A stretch of DNA of 64,000 nt from Lingula anatina (taxonomy: Eukaryota > Animalia > Brachiopoda). This document shows, one piece after another, positions 63,854-64,000 of the stretch. Under the pieces are notes generated by a model. That model was given only the letters and a program-made list of their open reading frames with translations, ran no database searches and was not told the DNA's origin. Each line of letters starts with the position of its first letter. Position 1 is the first letter of the stretch. Location: positions 40,554,401 to 40,618,400 of the forward strand of contig CM120641.1 in NCBI GenBank assembly GCA_051362555.1, written 5' to 3'. Made by a program: the position numbers and the translations under genes.

Positions 63854-64000
63854 GACGTTCGCCTAAATAGTCTGAAAGTTCCAATTTATAGGAATGTGTT
63901 AAATTTTATAGCAATGGAAATGGATTTTTTCTTTAGTGACTGTATATTTGCTAGCTTCGCAATGTAGTTTTGTAGTCGCAGGCTATATTTGATAATCACG

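Overview
AT-rich, intron-rich animal genomic DNA; the repeats and gene structure suggest a marine invertebrate, probably a lophotrochozoan (inference). Four spliced genes were reconstructed by hand from GT-AG junctions and protein motifs. (1) HELZ2-like gene (+, 114-18907, 5' end probably outside the window): repeated CCCH modules, SF1 helicase, RNB domain, second SF1 helicase. (2) ATF7IP/MCAF1/Windei (-, 28268-20555). (3) PIGQ/GPI1 (-, 42793-38500). (4) TBCD (+, 43415-57264), head-to-head with PIGQ. Introns and intergenic DNA carry Helentron/DINE-like elements with internal ~162-bp tandem arrays, several MITEs, a probable LINE 3' relic and microsatellites. Main observations: the RNB domain and second helicase of the HELZ2-like protein have lost key catalytic residues while helicase 1 is intact; ATF7IP has a candidate 9-nt UGC-flanked microexon; an acceptor plus partial exon is duplicated into an upstream intron; and a 133-bp perfect inverted repeat pair lies 3.3 kb apart. 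No prokaryotic-type system (CRISPR etc.), tRNA or rRNA was recognised. Coordinates were read by eye and may be off by a few bases.
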